A DNA stretch of 64,000 bases from Verrucomicrobiota bacterium (GCA_947454705.1 CANGKZ010000021.1:472-64471), one strand, 5' to 3'. Shown: positions 8,945 through 18,370, numbered from the stretch's first letter. A program made the numbers and translations. The notes: a model not told the origin generated them from the sequence alone.

Positions 8945-10663
8945 TCAAGCCTGGAACAGCGAGGTTGACCGTCGACCGAGCAGCCGTCCCGCAGCGAAGA
9001 GACTCACCGCCAGCAGGGCCATTCCCAACACGCCGAGCGCGCAGGCGACCGCAGGTGCGCCGGGATCGATGCGCCCGGTCAGCTGCCAAATCTGTTTCGT
9101 GATGGGGTAGAAACGGTCCCGCTGCGCGAGGATCAGGCTGTCGCTCACCTCCAGCATGGCGAAGGAGAAGGTCAGAATCATTCCCGCAATCAAGTGGGGT
9201 CCCAGGAGGGGCAGGGTGATTCGCAGAAAGGTTCGGGAAGGCCCGGCCCCCAATCCTGTGCTCGCTTCTTCGAGGGCTGGATTCACCTGCTGAAATCCCG
9301 CGAATGCGGCGCGAACCATGTACGGCAGGCGGCGAATGGCGTAGCTGATGATCAGAAGAAAGGTGGGATTGGTGCGCGGATCCACCCAGGAATCGAGCCA
9401 CGGATGCCGCCGGTCGTTCACCTCGAAGCCGGCAAAAAATCCGAACGCGAGTACCAATCCTGGAATGGCCAGGGGCAGCATGGCCATGGCGTCCATCCAA
9501 CCGGCGAAGCGGAAATCGCGTCGGCACAACAACCAGGCAATTCCCAGTCCGAGTGCAAAATCCACCACGCTGCTCACGCTGGCGTAGCGGAGGCTGTTGA
9601 CCACCGACGATGCGGTGAGGCCGTGCTGGGTCACTTCCCTGAAATTGGCCAGCGTCCAGGCATCCGGAAGCACGCTGAAAAACCAATGCTGCGACAGCGA
9701 CACCACGAGCACCGCGAGGTGCGGCGCGAGCGCAGCGGCCAGGAGTACCCCGAAGCCAGCCCAGATCCACCCGGTTCGAATCGGACCCGAGACCCTGCGA
9801 ATGGCGCGTATTCCTCGGGCGGGAGTGGAGTTCACCGTCGTGCCGGCAAACCGACGCGTGGCGACAAACAGCAGGGCAATGACCAGCAGCGTGGTGGCCA
9901 CCAGCGCGTAGCCCTGGGAGCTCGTGTTGAGATCATTGAGCGAGTCAAAAATCTGTACCGGCAGCACCCGGCTGTATCCGGTGATCAACGGCGTCCCCAA
10001 ATCGGTGAACGCCCCAATCCAAACAATGATCGCGCCATTCATCCAACCCGGGCGGATGAGGGGGAGCGTGATGGTCCTAAACTCCCGCCATCGGGAGGCC
10101 CCCAGGCTCGATGCGCATTCGTACAGCGACGGATCCAACTGATTCAGTGCCGCGGTCAGCGTGAGGAAAAGCACCGGATAGAAATGCAGCACCTGCAGCA
10201 CCACGATGCCGGGCACGCCGCCAGCGCCCAGCCAATCGATCGGGTTTGCGGAATCCATCCATCCCCGGTGAATGAGAAACAGGTTCAGCGCCCCGTAGCG
10301 CGCCAAGACCTGCTGCAACCCGATCGCGCCGACGAACGGAGGCAAGAGGATGGGAGCCAGCAGCGCGGCGGAGAAGAACCCGCGTCCGACGAACTCCAGT
10401 CGTGTGGTGATCAGTGCCAGCGCCAGTGCAATCGCCGACGCCAGCAACACGGTTACCGTGGCAATTCCCAACGAGTTCCAAAGCGATTGACGCAGCAGGG
10501 GATTGGTGAGGACCAAGGTGAGTGGATTGCTCAGCGGTTCGCCCGGAAGCCCGAAGGCGTTGCGCAGGGTGAAGATGAGCGGGTAGGCGAGAAACGCCGC
10601 GAAAAACAGGAGCACCCCTCCGAGGAGGAGGCGGTCGGGAGATCCCAGCGGACGGCGGCGCAT
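8945..10663 (-). CDS. ABC transporter permease with two tandem permease domains (FbpB/ThiP-like, iron(III) or thiamine type)
   Basis: 572 aa and about 12 TM. Two internally repeated halves each have the EAA-like loop (..ECASSLGASRWREFRTITLPLIRP.. and ..EEASTGLGAGPSRTFLRITLPLLGP..). Confidence 0.85.
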   Translation of the reverse strand: MRRRPLGSPDRLLLGGVLLFFAAFLAYPLIFTLRNAFGLPGEPLSNPLTLVLTNPLLRQSLWNSLGIATVTVLLASAIALALALITTRLEFVGRGFFSAALLAPILLPPFVGAIGLQQVLARYGALNLFLIHRGWMDSANPIDWLGAGGVPGIVVLQVLHFYPVLFLTLTAALNQLDPSLYECASSLGASRWREFRTITLPLIRPGWMNGAIIVWIGAFTDLGTPLITGYSRVLPVQIFDSLNDLNTSSQGYALVATTLLVIALLFVATRRFAGTTVNSTPARGIRAIRRVSGPIRTGWIWAGFGVLLAAALAPHLAVLVVSLSQHWFFSVLPDAWTLANFREVTQHGLTASSVVNSLRYASVSSVVDFALGLGIAWLLCRRDFRFAGWMDAMAMLPLAIPGLVLAFGFFAGFEVNDRRHPWLDSWVDPRTNPTFLLIISYAIRRLPYMVRAAFAGFQQVNPALEEASTGLGAGPSRTFLRITLPLLGPHLIAGMILTFSFAMLEVSDSLILAQRDRFYPITKQIWQLTGRIDPGAPAVACALGVLGMALLAVSLFAAGRLLGRRSTSLFQA

Positions 10664-10809
10664 CGCGGCCGAAGGGTGAGCGAATTTCCCGGTGGGCGGC
10701 GAGCCGGAAGATCCTGTCGGGAACGTGTCAAAATCGATTGCGATTCCAACTCAGGTGTTTCTTGACGGTAAACCGCCCGCCAAGCACGCTTCGCCCGTCG
10801 GTTCGCAGA

Positions 10810-10883
10810 GCGGGTGTAGCTCAATGGTAGAGTTCTAGTCTTCCAAACTAGCCATACGGGTTCGATTCCCGTCACCCGCTCCA
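10810..10883 (+). tRNA. tRNA-Gly (anticodon UCC), CCA encoded
   Basis: Hand-folded cloverleaf. Acceptor gcgggtg/cacccgc, D stem gctc/gagt, anticodon stem ctagt/actag with loop CUUCCAA (34-36 = UCC), T arm with ggttcgattcc, discriminator U plus CCA. It is 74 nt, as is usual for Gly tRNAs. Confidence 0.85.
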
Positions 10884-11039
10884 ATTTTTCAATCCGATGG
10901 CACTCACCGCGGGCCATTGCTGTTTCATCCGCTTGTCGATTGCCACCTCCTCAGGGTCGTTTTGGTTTGGAGGGCAGGAGGGCAGTTAATCGACGTACGT
11001 TTTTACGATCTCATCTCGGATCCGCAGGATTCATCAGCC

Positions 11040-11255
11040 ATGGAAAAACCGACCCCTAAGACTCCGGAAGAGCCTCGTCCCAGAGTGGTGCAAACGTGGC
11101 GCCCGGAGGAGGATCGTCCGAGTAAGACCTTCCAATGGCTGGTCGGCCTTCCCGACAAGTTCGCCTCCCGGAAATTCAACGGCTACCAGGCTGCCCTGGT
11201 GGTGCTGATCGGAGTGCTTTTCTACGTGCTCGTTCTCGATCGGCTCGGGGGCTAG
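11040..11255 (+). CDS. Small hypothetical membrane protein (71 aa, C-terminal TM)
   Basis: First ATG (M42) of ORF 10917..11255. The upstream TTG-started part runs straight out of the tRNA flank and is unlikely to be coding. The product has a charged Pro/Glu-rich N-terminus and one TM (AALVVLIGVLFYVLVL). No recognisable family. Confidence 0.3.
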   Translation: MEKPTPKTPEEPRPRVVQTWRPEEDRPSKTFQWLVGLPDKFASRKFNGYQAALVVLIGVLFYVLVLDRLGG

Positions 11256-11330
11256 TGGATTGCGCCGCATCGAGTCGATCCGATGTCTTGCGCGCTTTTG
11301 GTCTTTCGTTGAACGCGGATTTGGCGCACG

Positions 11331-14300
11331 ATGCGACTTGTGGATTCCGCCGCTGCCGCATCGGGCGCATTCAGGATTCGTTCCAATCATTCCGGCCCGT
11401 TGTCTCCGCATTCTTCTTCGGGAGAATCGACCTTGTTCGATCTCTACCGTGCCATGTATTCCGCCCGGGTCGTCGACCAGGTGGAAATGGAGTTGGTGAA
11501 CCGCGGAGAGGCCTTCTTCCATGTCGGAGGTGCCGGTCACGAATCCAGCGCCGTTCTGGCACTCCATCTGGGACCCCAGGATTGGCTGCATCTTCACTAT
11601 CGGGACAAGGCCCTGATGCTCGCCCGCGGCGTTTCCGCGGAGATGTTTTTTCACAGTTCCATCTGCACCGCCGCTTCCCATTCGGCCGGTCGGCAGATGA
11701 GCGCCCACTTGAGCGCGCCGGAGTTGAACCTTCTGAGTCTGGTGGGGCCGGTTGGAAACAATGCCCTGCAGGCCGTCGGAGTGGCGCTCGAGGTCAAACA
11801 ACGGGAAGGGAATCCCTGTGTTGTTTGCGCCGTTGGCGATGGCACCAGTCAGCAGGGGGAATTTCTTGAAGCGGTATCCGAGGCGGTTCGATCCGAGGCG
11901 CCGGTCCTCTTTTGGATTGAGGACAACGGGCTCGCGATCTCCACCCACACGCGTGGAAAAACGCTCTATGACCTGCCGTCCGGGCCGGCGGAACAATTTC
12001 TCGGCCTCCCCATCCACCGACTCGACGGGCGTGATCCACTGAGCTGCCTCGAAGCTTCGGGCAAGATTCTCGCTTCAATGCGGGTGAATCGGGGCCCGGC
12101 CTTGGTGGTGTTTCAGGTCGATCGTCTCACGCACCACACGAACGCGGACGACGAGCGGGTGTACCGTTCCGAGGTCGAGCGTCAGAAGGTGCGTGCGGAA
12201 GCCGATCCGCTGGTGGTATTGCGCCGCTTGATCCTCGAGCAGGGGTTGAAGGAATCCTCGCTTGTGACCTCCGAAGCCGGTTGGGCTGCGGAAATCCGTG
12301 AGGCGGCGGATCGTGCCCTTCAGGCTCCGAATCCCCGGGCGAATCTGGATGCCCGGCAGCCGCTCCCCAGCCATTGCACGGGGCGGAGCGAGTATACCGG
12401 AACGGCTGGAGGCACCCGCGTGTCCATGCTGGAAGCACTCAGGGCGGTGCTGCGGAACCGTTTGGAGGGAGATTCCCGGGTCACCGTTTCCGGACAGGAT
12501 CTTGAGGATCCCAAGGGGGACGTCTTCGGTCTAACCCGGGGATTGTCCACCGCCTTCCCCGGGCGCGTTCGCAACTCACCGCTCGCGGAAAGTACGATCG
12601 CGGGCGTGGGCGTGGGACGCGCGCTTGCGGGAGGACGGCCGGTGGCCTGCATCCAGTTCGCGGATTTCATTCCGATTGCCTTCAATCAGATCGCCAGCGA
12701 AATGGGATCGATGCACTGGCGCACGGACGGCGGATGGCGCGTTCCCCTGGTGCTGATGGCCCCCTGCGGTGGCTACCGTCCGGGACTCGGACCGTTCCAC
12801 GCGCAGACCTTCGAATCCATCCTGGCGCATGTTCCCGGAATTGATGTCGCGATTCCCAGTTCCGCCCGAGATGCAGCAGGGCTGCTCAACGCGGCCCTGG
12901 AGTCGGGCCGGCCCACGGTTTTTCTCTATCCAAAAGTTTGCCTCAACGATCCCGCCCTCGCCACGAGCTCGGACATCGCCGCGCACTGGGTCGCCCCGGG
13001 CGTTGCCCGTCGGATCCGATCCGGGGACGCCCTCACATTGGTCACTTGGGGCGGAACCGTTCCCTTGGTTGCGCGGGTCGCGGACCTTCTTCAGATCGCA
13101 GGAGTCCCATGCGATCTCCTCGACCTCCGAACGGTCAGTCCTTGGGACGCGGAGGCGGTGTTGGCCAGCGCGGAGCGGACCGGAAGATTGCTCGTGGTTC
13201 ACGAGGACAACCTCACCTGCGGTTTTGGTGCTGAGATCCTGGCAACGATTGCGGAGCGGGCCAGCCGACCGGTCCGGATGCGAAGAGTCACCCGGCCCGA
13301 CACCTACGTTCCGTGCAACTACGTCAACCAGCTCGAAGTGCTGCCGAGCCTTCGACGAATTCTCGAGGTGGCGGGAGAGCTGTGCGGATTGGACGTCGGC
13401 TGGGAATCCGACGTGGTGCCGGAAGCCGGCGTTTTCAATCTGGAAGCGGTGGGATCCAGTCCGGCCGATCAAACCGTGGCGGTCGTCGAATGGAAGGTCC
13501 GCAGCGGCCAGACGATCTCCGCCGGTGATCTTCTTGCCGATTGCGAAGCGGACAAGGCCACCTTCGAGCTTCGAGCTCCCGTGGGCGGCGTCATCCAGGA
13601 TCTCCTGCCTGCCGATGAAAAGGTTCCGGTCGGATCGATTCTTGCCCGAATCATCACCTCCAGCACGCGAGCTCCTCTGCCGCGCCGGGTGCCCTTGGAC
13701 CCAGTCCCCCGTTTGACTCGGAGCTTGGTGGCACCGTCGCCCGGGTCGGTTCGGGTTGTCGAAGGCGGGGCCGAAGCAGATCGGCGATTCGTGGTGGGGA
13801 TTCGCTCCGTGGTGGGAGTTCCCGCCGGGCGCGTGGTGGACAATGCCGAAATCATCCGCCGGTTTCCGGGGCGGACTGCCGCCGACATCCTGCAACGCAC
13901 CGGAATTGAGTCGCGTCGGTTGCTGGCCCCGGGCGAAAGCGTGGTGACCCTTGCCGCCGCTGCTGCGGTTCGCGCCTTGGGGCAGTCGGGCATGACTGCT
14001 TCCGACTTGGACGCCATTTTCGTCAGCACGAGCTCGCCAGTCTCGTTGAGCCCGAGCCTTGCTTGCCTGCTGCATCACCAGCTTTCTGCGGGTGGGCCGG
14101 CCAAGGACATGCCGGCCGTAGATCTGCTCGCCGCGTGCACCGGGTACCTTTATGCCCTCCAGGCCGCGCACGATTTCTGCCGCGCACGGCCGGAGTCGCG
14201 GGTTCTCGTGGTCACCGCCGAGGCCATGAGCACGTTCACCGATCCCTCGGACTTTGATACGGCGATCGTGTTTGCCGACGCCGCCACGGCCACCGTTGTC

Positions 14301-14753
14301 TGCGGGCCTCTTGCCCCAGGTTTCTCGAACGTTCGCGCGCGGCTGCATCGTCCCGTGCTCAGCGCCCGGGGCGAAGATGGCACCATTCTCAACCACGGGC
14401 GCCGGGACCATCCGAACGTCAACATGGACGGTCTGAAGGTGTTCCCCATGGCGGTTCGCCAGCTGATTGCGCTCATGAAACGTGCGTGCGACGAATGTCA
14501 GGTTCCCATGGAATCGTTGGAGTACATCATTCCGCATCAGGCGAACGGTCGGATTCTGGACGCCGTGGACCAGCGGCTGCGGCTCCCGGCGGGACGACTG
14601 ATCAACCGGGTTCGCCATTCAGGCAACACCAGCAGCAGCTCGATTCCCCTGGTCCTTGCCGAAGTGCTTCAAGAATCGCCGAAAGGCCGCGCAGGAATGT
14701 GCGCATTCGGCGGTGGTTTTACTTTCGGGGCAGCCGTTCTTGAATTCACCTGA
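11331..14753 (+). CDS. Fusion protein: 2-oxoacid dehydrogenase E1-alpha + E1-beta + lipoyl domain + 3-oxoacyl-ACP synthase III (FabH-like)
   Basis: One uninterrupted 1140-aa ORF. aa ~35-335 is E1-alpha with the TPP motif GDG(169-171)..EDN(197-199). aa ~365-680 is E1-beta (..RNSPLAESTIAGVGVGRALAGGRPV..QFADFI..). aa ~702-775 is a lipoyl domain with ..CEADKATFEL.. (Lys742, nt 13554-13556). aa 776-818 is a Pro/Arg linker. aa ~819-1140 is KAS III with AAC(936)TGY, IPH(1069)QAN and HSGN(1099)TSS, i.e. a Cys-His-Asn triad. Confidence 0.85.
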   Translation: MRLVDSAAAASGAFRIRSNHSGPLSPHSSSGESTLFDLYRAMYSARVVDQVEMELVNRGEAFFHVGGAGHESSAVLALHLGPQDWLHLHYRDKALMLARGVSAEMFFHSSICTAASHSAGRQMSAHLSAPELNLLSLVGPVGNNALQAVGVALEVKQREGNPCVVCAVGDGTSQQGEFLEAVSEAVRSEAPVLFWIEDNGLAISTHTRGKTLYDLPSGPAEQFLGLPIHRLDGRDPLSCLEASGKILASMRVNRGPALVVFQVDRLTHHTNADDERVYRSEVERQKVRAEADPLVVLRRLILEQGLKESSLVTSEAGWAAEIREAADRALQAPNPRANLDARQPLPSHCTGRSEYTGTAGGTRVSMLEALRAVLRNRLEGDSRVTVSGQDLEDPKGDVFGLTRGLSTAFPGRVRNSPLAESTIAGVGVGRALAGGRPVACIQFADFIPIAFNQIASEMGSMHWRTDGGWRVPLVLMAPCGGYRPGLGPFHAQTFESILAHVPGIDVAIPSSARDAAGLLNAALESGRPTVFLYPKVCLNDPALATSSDIAAHWVAPGVARRIRSGDALTLVTWGGTVPLVARVADLLQIAGVPCDLLDLRTVSPWDAEAVLASAERTGRLLVVHEDNLTCGFGAEILATIAERASRPVRMRRVTRPDTYVPCNYVNQLEVLPSLRRILEVAGELCGLDVGWESDVVPEAGVFNLEAVGSSPADQTVAVVEWKVRSGQTISAGDLLADCEADKATFELRAPVGGVIQDLLPADEKVPVGSILARIITSSTRAPLPRRVPLDPVPRLTRSLVAPSPGSVRVVEGGAEADRRFVVGIRSVVGVPAGRVVDNAEIIRRFPGRTAADILQRTGIESRRLLAPGESVVTLAAAAAVRALGQSGMTASDLDAIFVSTSSPVSLSPSLACLLHHQLSAGGPAKDMPAVDLLAACTGYLYALQAAHDFCRARPESRVLVVTAEAMSTFTDPSDFDTAIVFADAATATVVCGPLAPGFSNVRARLHRPVLSARGEDGTILNHGRRDHPNVNMDGLKVFPMAVRQLIALMKRACDECQVPMESLEYIIPHQANGRILDAVDQRLRLPAGRLINRVRHSGNTSSSSIPLVLAEVLQESPKGRAGMCAFGGGFTFGAAVLEFT

Positions 14754-14847
14754 CCGGCTTCGCGGGGCGCGCTTAGGTCAAATGGAGGGATAATCCTTGG
14801 TCACTTGCGCCAAGGCAGGCGGATCGCCTACGGTCGTTGTTCAATTT

Positions 14848-16086
14848 ATGGCGCTTCTCAACGAGAACTATCTCAAACTCAAAGCAGGGTATCTGTTTCC
14901 GGAAATCGGCCGGCGGGTCAAAGCCTTTACCGAGGCCAATCCCACGGCTGCGGCTCGATTGATCCGTTGCGGCATTGGCGATGTGACCGAACCACTGCCC
15001 CCCGCGGTGATTGCGGCCTTGCATCGCGCGGTCGATGAAATGGGGCAGCGCTCCACGTTCCGCGGATACGGTCCGGAGCAGGGGTACGATTTCCTCCGTT
15101 CCGCGATCGCCCAAAACGACTACCGCGCCCACGGAATGGACATCGCAGATGACGAAATCTTCGTCAGCGACGGTTCCAAATGCGATTGCGGTGCCATTCT
15201 GGATATTCTCGGCGACCGTAATCGGATCGCCATTTCCGATCCGGTGTACCCGGTTTACGTCGATACCAACGTCATGGTGGGACACACCGGGGCGTGCGAC
15301 CCCTCCGGCGCCTATGCCGGTCTGGTCTATCTTCCCTGCACCCCGTCGAATGGCTTCATCCCGGAGCCGCCGTCGGAGGCGGTGGATGTGGTGTACCTCT
15401 GCTCTCCCAACAATCCGACCGGAGCCGCCGCCACGCGGCCCCAGCTGGAAGCCTGGGTCGACTATGCCCTGCGTCACAAGGCCATCCTGCTCTTCGATGC
15501 CGCCTATGAAGCCTACATCACCGAGCCGGGTGTTCCCCACTCGATCTATGAGATTCCCGGGGCCAGGGAATGTGCGATTGAGTTCCGCAGCTTCTCCAAG
15601 AATGGCGGTTTCACCGGGACTCGTTGCGCCTTCACTGTGGTTCCGAAGTCGCTTAAGGCATTTTCCAGCACTGGTGAAGCGCTTCCGCTTCACCCGCTTT
15701 GGTCGCGTCGCATGACCACCAAGTTCAACGGCGTTCCGTACCTCGTTCAACGCGCGGCCGAGGCGCTCTATTCTCCGGAAGGCAAGGCGCAGGTTCGTGG
15801 ACTGATTGAGCACTACCTCGGCAATGCAGCCGTGTTGGTGGCCGGGGCCCGCGCCGCAGGACTTACGGTGTACGGCGGCGTCAACGCGCCCTACATCTGG
15901 GTGGCAACGCCCTCCGGCGTGACCAGCTGGCAGGCCTTTGACCGCATTCTCAATGACGCCAATGTCGTCATCACCCCCGGAAGCGGGTTCGGTTCCAAGG
16001 GCGAAGGCTACTTCCGGGTGAGTGCCTTCAACTCCAGAGCCAACGCCGAGGAAGTCTCGCGCCGCCTCCAATTGTTGAAGTGGTAG
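14848..16086 (+). CDS. dapL: LL-diaminopimelate aminotransferase
   Basis: Starts at ATG M18 of ORF 14797..16086. [37 protein letters not shown].. is the characteristic DapL N-terminus. The fold-type I aminotransferase body includes ..[13 protein letters not shown].. (PLP lysine). Confidence 0.9.
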   Translation: MALLNENYLKLKAGYLFPEIGRRVKAFTEANPTAAARLIRCGIGDVTEPLPPAVIAALHRAVDEMGQRSTFRGYGPEQGYDFLRSAIAQNDYRAHGMDIADDEIFVSDGSKCDCGAILDILGDRNRIAISDPVYPVYVDTNVMVGHTGACDPSGAYAGLVYLPCTPSNGFIPEPPSEAVDVVYLCSPNNPTGAAATRPQLEAWVDYALRHKAILLFDAAYEAYITEPGVPHSIYEIPGARECAIEFRSFSKNGGFTGTRCAFTVVPKSLKAFSSTGEALPLHPLWSRRMTTKFNGVPYLVQRAAEALYSPEGKAQVRGLIEHYLGNAAVLVAGARAAGLTVYGGVNAPYIWVATPSGVTSWQAFDRILNDANVVITPGSGFGSKGEGYFRVSAFNSRANAEEVSRRLQLLKW

Positions 16087-16114
16087 GCCCGCGAACCGCG
16101 GAAGTGCCAAAAGC

Positions 16115-16148
16115 AAAAAGCGTATCGGAGCGATCCGATACGCTTTTT
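16115..16148. terminator. Bidirectional rho-independent terminator between convergent dapL and the DUF1501 gene
   Basis: aaaaAGCGTATCGGAgcgaTCCGATACGCTtttt. An 11-bp perfect stem with a 4-nt loop, flanked by an A-run on one side and a T-run on the other. Confidence 0.65.
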
Positions 16149-16180
16149 CGTTGGAGGTACGTGGGTTCTGCGAACCTCGT

Positions 16181-17566
16181 TCAAGTGGTGAGTTGACTGA
16201 GACGTCCCGTGCTGTCGCCGAATCGCTCGCCCGGAACACCCATGCGGTCGAGCATGGAGAGAAACAGGTTCGCCATTGGGGTTTCCTTGGGCAGGCGGAT
16301 GTGGCGGCCCGGTTGAATCGATCCGCCGCCCCGACCTGCCAGCAGGATTGGGAGATTGTCGTGGGCGTGGGCGTTGCCGTCCGCAAGACCGCTGCCGTAC
16401 ATGATCATCGATTGGTCGAGCAGGTTACCGGAGCCCTCTTGGATTGATTTCAGTTTTCCGAGGAAATAGGCCAATTGTTCAAGGTGGAACCGATTGATCT
16501 TGGCGATCTTCTTCTTTTTCTCCTCGTCGTTCTGGTGGTGGGAGAGGGTGTGGTGGCCGTCTGGAACTCCGATTTGAGGGTAGGACTCGTCACTCCCGTC
16601 GTGCTTCATCACGAAGGTGGCGACCCGGGTCGAGTCGGTCTGAAACGCGAGCGCCAGGATATCCAGCATCAGGCGAGAATGGGGCTGGAAATCGGGACGC
16701 CCTCGATCATTTCGAGGGATTCCCGTGGGTTTCTGGAATCCAGGCATGTCTTTGCCTACGCGCTTCGCCATTTCGATGCGGCGTTCCAAATCACGCACGG
16801 AGGTCAGGTATTCGTCCAATTTGCGCTGATCGGTCCTTCCGAGCCGGGCGTTCAGCGTGCGCGCATCTTCCAAGACGAAATCGAGGATGCTTCGTTCCGA
16901 GCGTTCCCGGCGAATCCGGCGTTCGTCGGTCTCCTCCCGGTTCGAAGACGCGAACAGGCGTTCGAACGCCAGCGCAGGATCCACTTCCGGCGGAAGCGGG
17001 GAAGAAGGGGTGCGCCAGGCAATGTTGAAGGAGTAGGCACAACTGTAGCCTGAGTCGCAGTTGCCGGAGGTCTGTCCCCGGTCGCATCCCAATTCGAGCG
17101 AGGCGAACCGGGTTTCCCGCCCGAGGCGCTGCGCCGCGACCTGATCCACCGAAACGCCGGCATGGATATCCACACCGTTGGTTTTTCGGATCCGGGTGGA
17201 AGTCAGCCAAGTTGCGGACGCCCGGGCGTGATCGCCCGCTCCGTCCAATTTGGCTCGCCCCGCGTCCTGAGTCAGCCCGGAGAGAATGCTGAACTCGGAG
17301 CGCAGTTCTCGCAGGGGTTCAAGAATCGGAGGGAGTTCGAAATGGCTTCCTACGTCCTTTGGTGTCCAGTCGGCCATGTTGATTCCGTTCGGGACATAGA
17401 TGAAGGCCATGCGTTTTGGAGCCGCGCCACCTGCAGCGGCTTGAAGCGCGCCGGACGCCTCAGCAAGAACTCTTGCGCTTCCGAGCGATTCAAGAGCGGG
17501 CAGGGCAACCAGAGTGCCCAGTCCGCGAAGAAATTGACGTCGGGCGATGGGAAGGGCCGTTTTCAT
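16181..17566 (-). CDS. DUF1501 domain protein (sulfatase-like fold, Tat signal)
   Basis: 461 aa with a twin-arginine leader MKTALPIARRQFLRGLGTLVALPALES. The conserved DUF1501 body ends ..GNAHAHDNLPILLAGRGGG..MANLFLSMLDRMGV..FGDSTG. Confidence 0.9.
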   Translation of the reverse strand: MKTALPIARRQFLRGLGTLVALPALESLGSARVLAEASGALQAAAGGAAPKRMAFIYVPNGINMADWTPKDVGSHFELPPILEPLRELRSEFSILSGLTQDAGRAKLDGAGDHARASATWLTSTRIRKTNGVDIHAGVSVDQVAAQRLGRETRFASLELGCDRGQTSGNCDSGYSCAYSFNIAWRTPSSPLPPEVDPALAFERLFASSNREETDERRIRRERSERSILDFVLEDARTLNARLGRTDQRKLDEYLTSVRDLERRIEMAKRVGKDMPGFQKPTGIPRNDRGRPDFQPHSRLMLDILALAFQTDSTRVATFVMKHDGSDESYPQIGVPDGHHTLSHHQNDEEKKKKIAKINRFHLEQLAYFLGKLKSIQEGSGNLLDQSMIMYGSGLADGNAHAHDNLPILLAGRGGGSIQPGRHIRLPKETPMANLFLSMLDRMGVPGERFGDSTGRLSQLTT

Positions 17567-17702
17567 GGGGTGGTCGGAAATGGGAGTAGCGTTGGACGTT
17601 ACGGCGCGAAGTTCGGATTACAAGTCGGGACCACCGGAACCGACGCGGAAACGCGCCAGTTCTTCAACGGCAACAACAAGCAGATTTTTTCCACATTTTC
17701 TA

Positions 17703-17731
17703 TTGACCCTAAGACCCCTTTCCGGTGAAAT
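17703..17731 (+). promoter_or_regulatory. Sigma70-like promoter candidate for the PEP-CTERM/CHRD gene
   Basis: TTGACC (17703-17708), a 17-nt spacer, then TGAAAT (17726-17731), about 55 nt upstream of the ATG at 17788. Pattern match only. Confidence 0.3.
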
Positions 17732-17787
17732 GCCCCCAGAAGTTGGTGCGAGTGGGCCAACCTGAACTCTAAGATAAACCGTAAAAC

Positions 17788-18333
17788 ATGAAAAAAGTAC
17801 TCATCCTTGGAGCCGCTGCCGCTAGCGCTGTTGCTGCGAACGCTGCTCTCCTCACTGTTGACTTCGTGGGCGGGGCCGGTGGCCCAGGCCTCGAGGTTCC
17901 TGCCGTCACCGCTCCGGGCGCCACCCTCACCGTGGGTTCCGGTCTGGTGTACTTCAATGAGTCTTCTTTGGCTCTCTCCGTGAACAACGTGTTGTTCAAC
18001 AACCTCACTGGTTCTGCGACCGGTGCTGGTCTGTACAACGCTCCTGCTGGCGCCAACGGCCCGAAATTCGCTGATCTCTCGATCAGCACCCTCGTTCCGG
18101 GATCCACCTCGGGCACCCTCAACGGTGTTGTGTCCCTGGGCTCGATCGGCTATCAGCAGCTGCTCCTCGGTAACCTCTACATCAACGTCTTGACTGCCAA
18201 GAACCCCACTGGTGAGGTTCGTGGTCAGCTGACCTTGACCGGTGGTTCCGTTCCGGAACCCGCTGAGACTGCCGCCGTCGTCGGCCTCGGTCTCGCTGGC
18301 TTCGCCCTCTGGCGCCGCCGTCAGGCCAAGTAA
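17788..18333 (+). CDS. PEP-CTERM sorting-domain protein with a CHRD-like domain
   Basis: 181 aa with signal peptide MKKVLILGAAAASAVAANA. CHRD-like segment ..LLLGNLYINVLTAKNPTGEVRGQL... The C-terminal VPEPAETAAVVGLGLAGFALWRRRQAK is PEP motif + TM + basic tail. Confidence 0.85.
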   Translation: MKKVLILGAAAASAVAANAALLTVDFVGGAGGPGLEVPAVTAPGATLTVGSGLVYFNESSLALSVNNVLFNNLTGSATGAGLYNAPAGANGPKFADLSISTLVPGSTSGTLNGVVSLGSIGYQQLLLGNLYINVLTAKNPTGEVRGQLTLTGGSVPEPAETAAVVGLGLAGFALWRRRQAK

Positions 18334-18370
18334 GGTCTGTACGACCTGAGTTTCAGGTCCCTCCACTTAG

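Noticed and set aside
10664-10809. Possible TPP or other riboswitch in the leader of the ThiP/FbpB-like permease.
   Set aside because: I could not find the conserved TPP-riboswitch core (CUGAGA .. ACCUGAUCUGGAUAAUGCCAGCG-like) or any other recognisable aptamer. Only a lone CTGAG is present.
10810-10883. First reading of this tRNA as tRNA-Trp, because the string CCA occurs in the anticodon loop.
   Set aside because: With the 5-bp anticodon stem ctagt/actag the 7-nt loop is CUUCCAA. Positions 34-36 are therefore UCC (Gly). The 74-nt length and U discriminator also fit Gly.
11040-11255. Possible secE. A small C-terminally anchored protein right after a tRNA recalls the tRNA-Trp-secE-nusG arrangement.
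   Set aside because: The tRNA is Gly rather than Trp. No nusG follows. The sequence lacks the SecE-like ..KVxWP.. segment. It is kept only as a low-confidence hypothetical.
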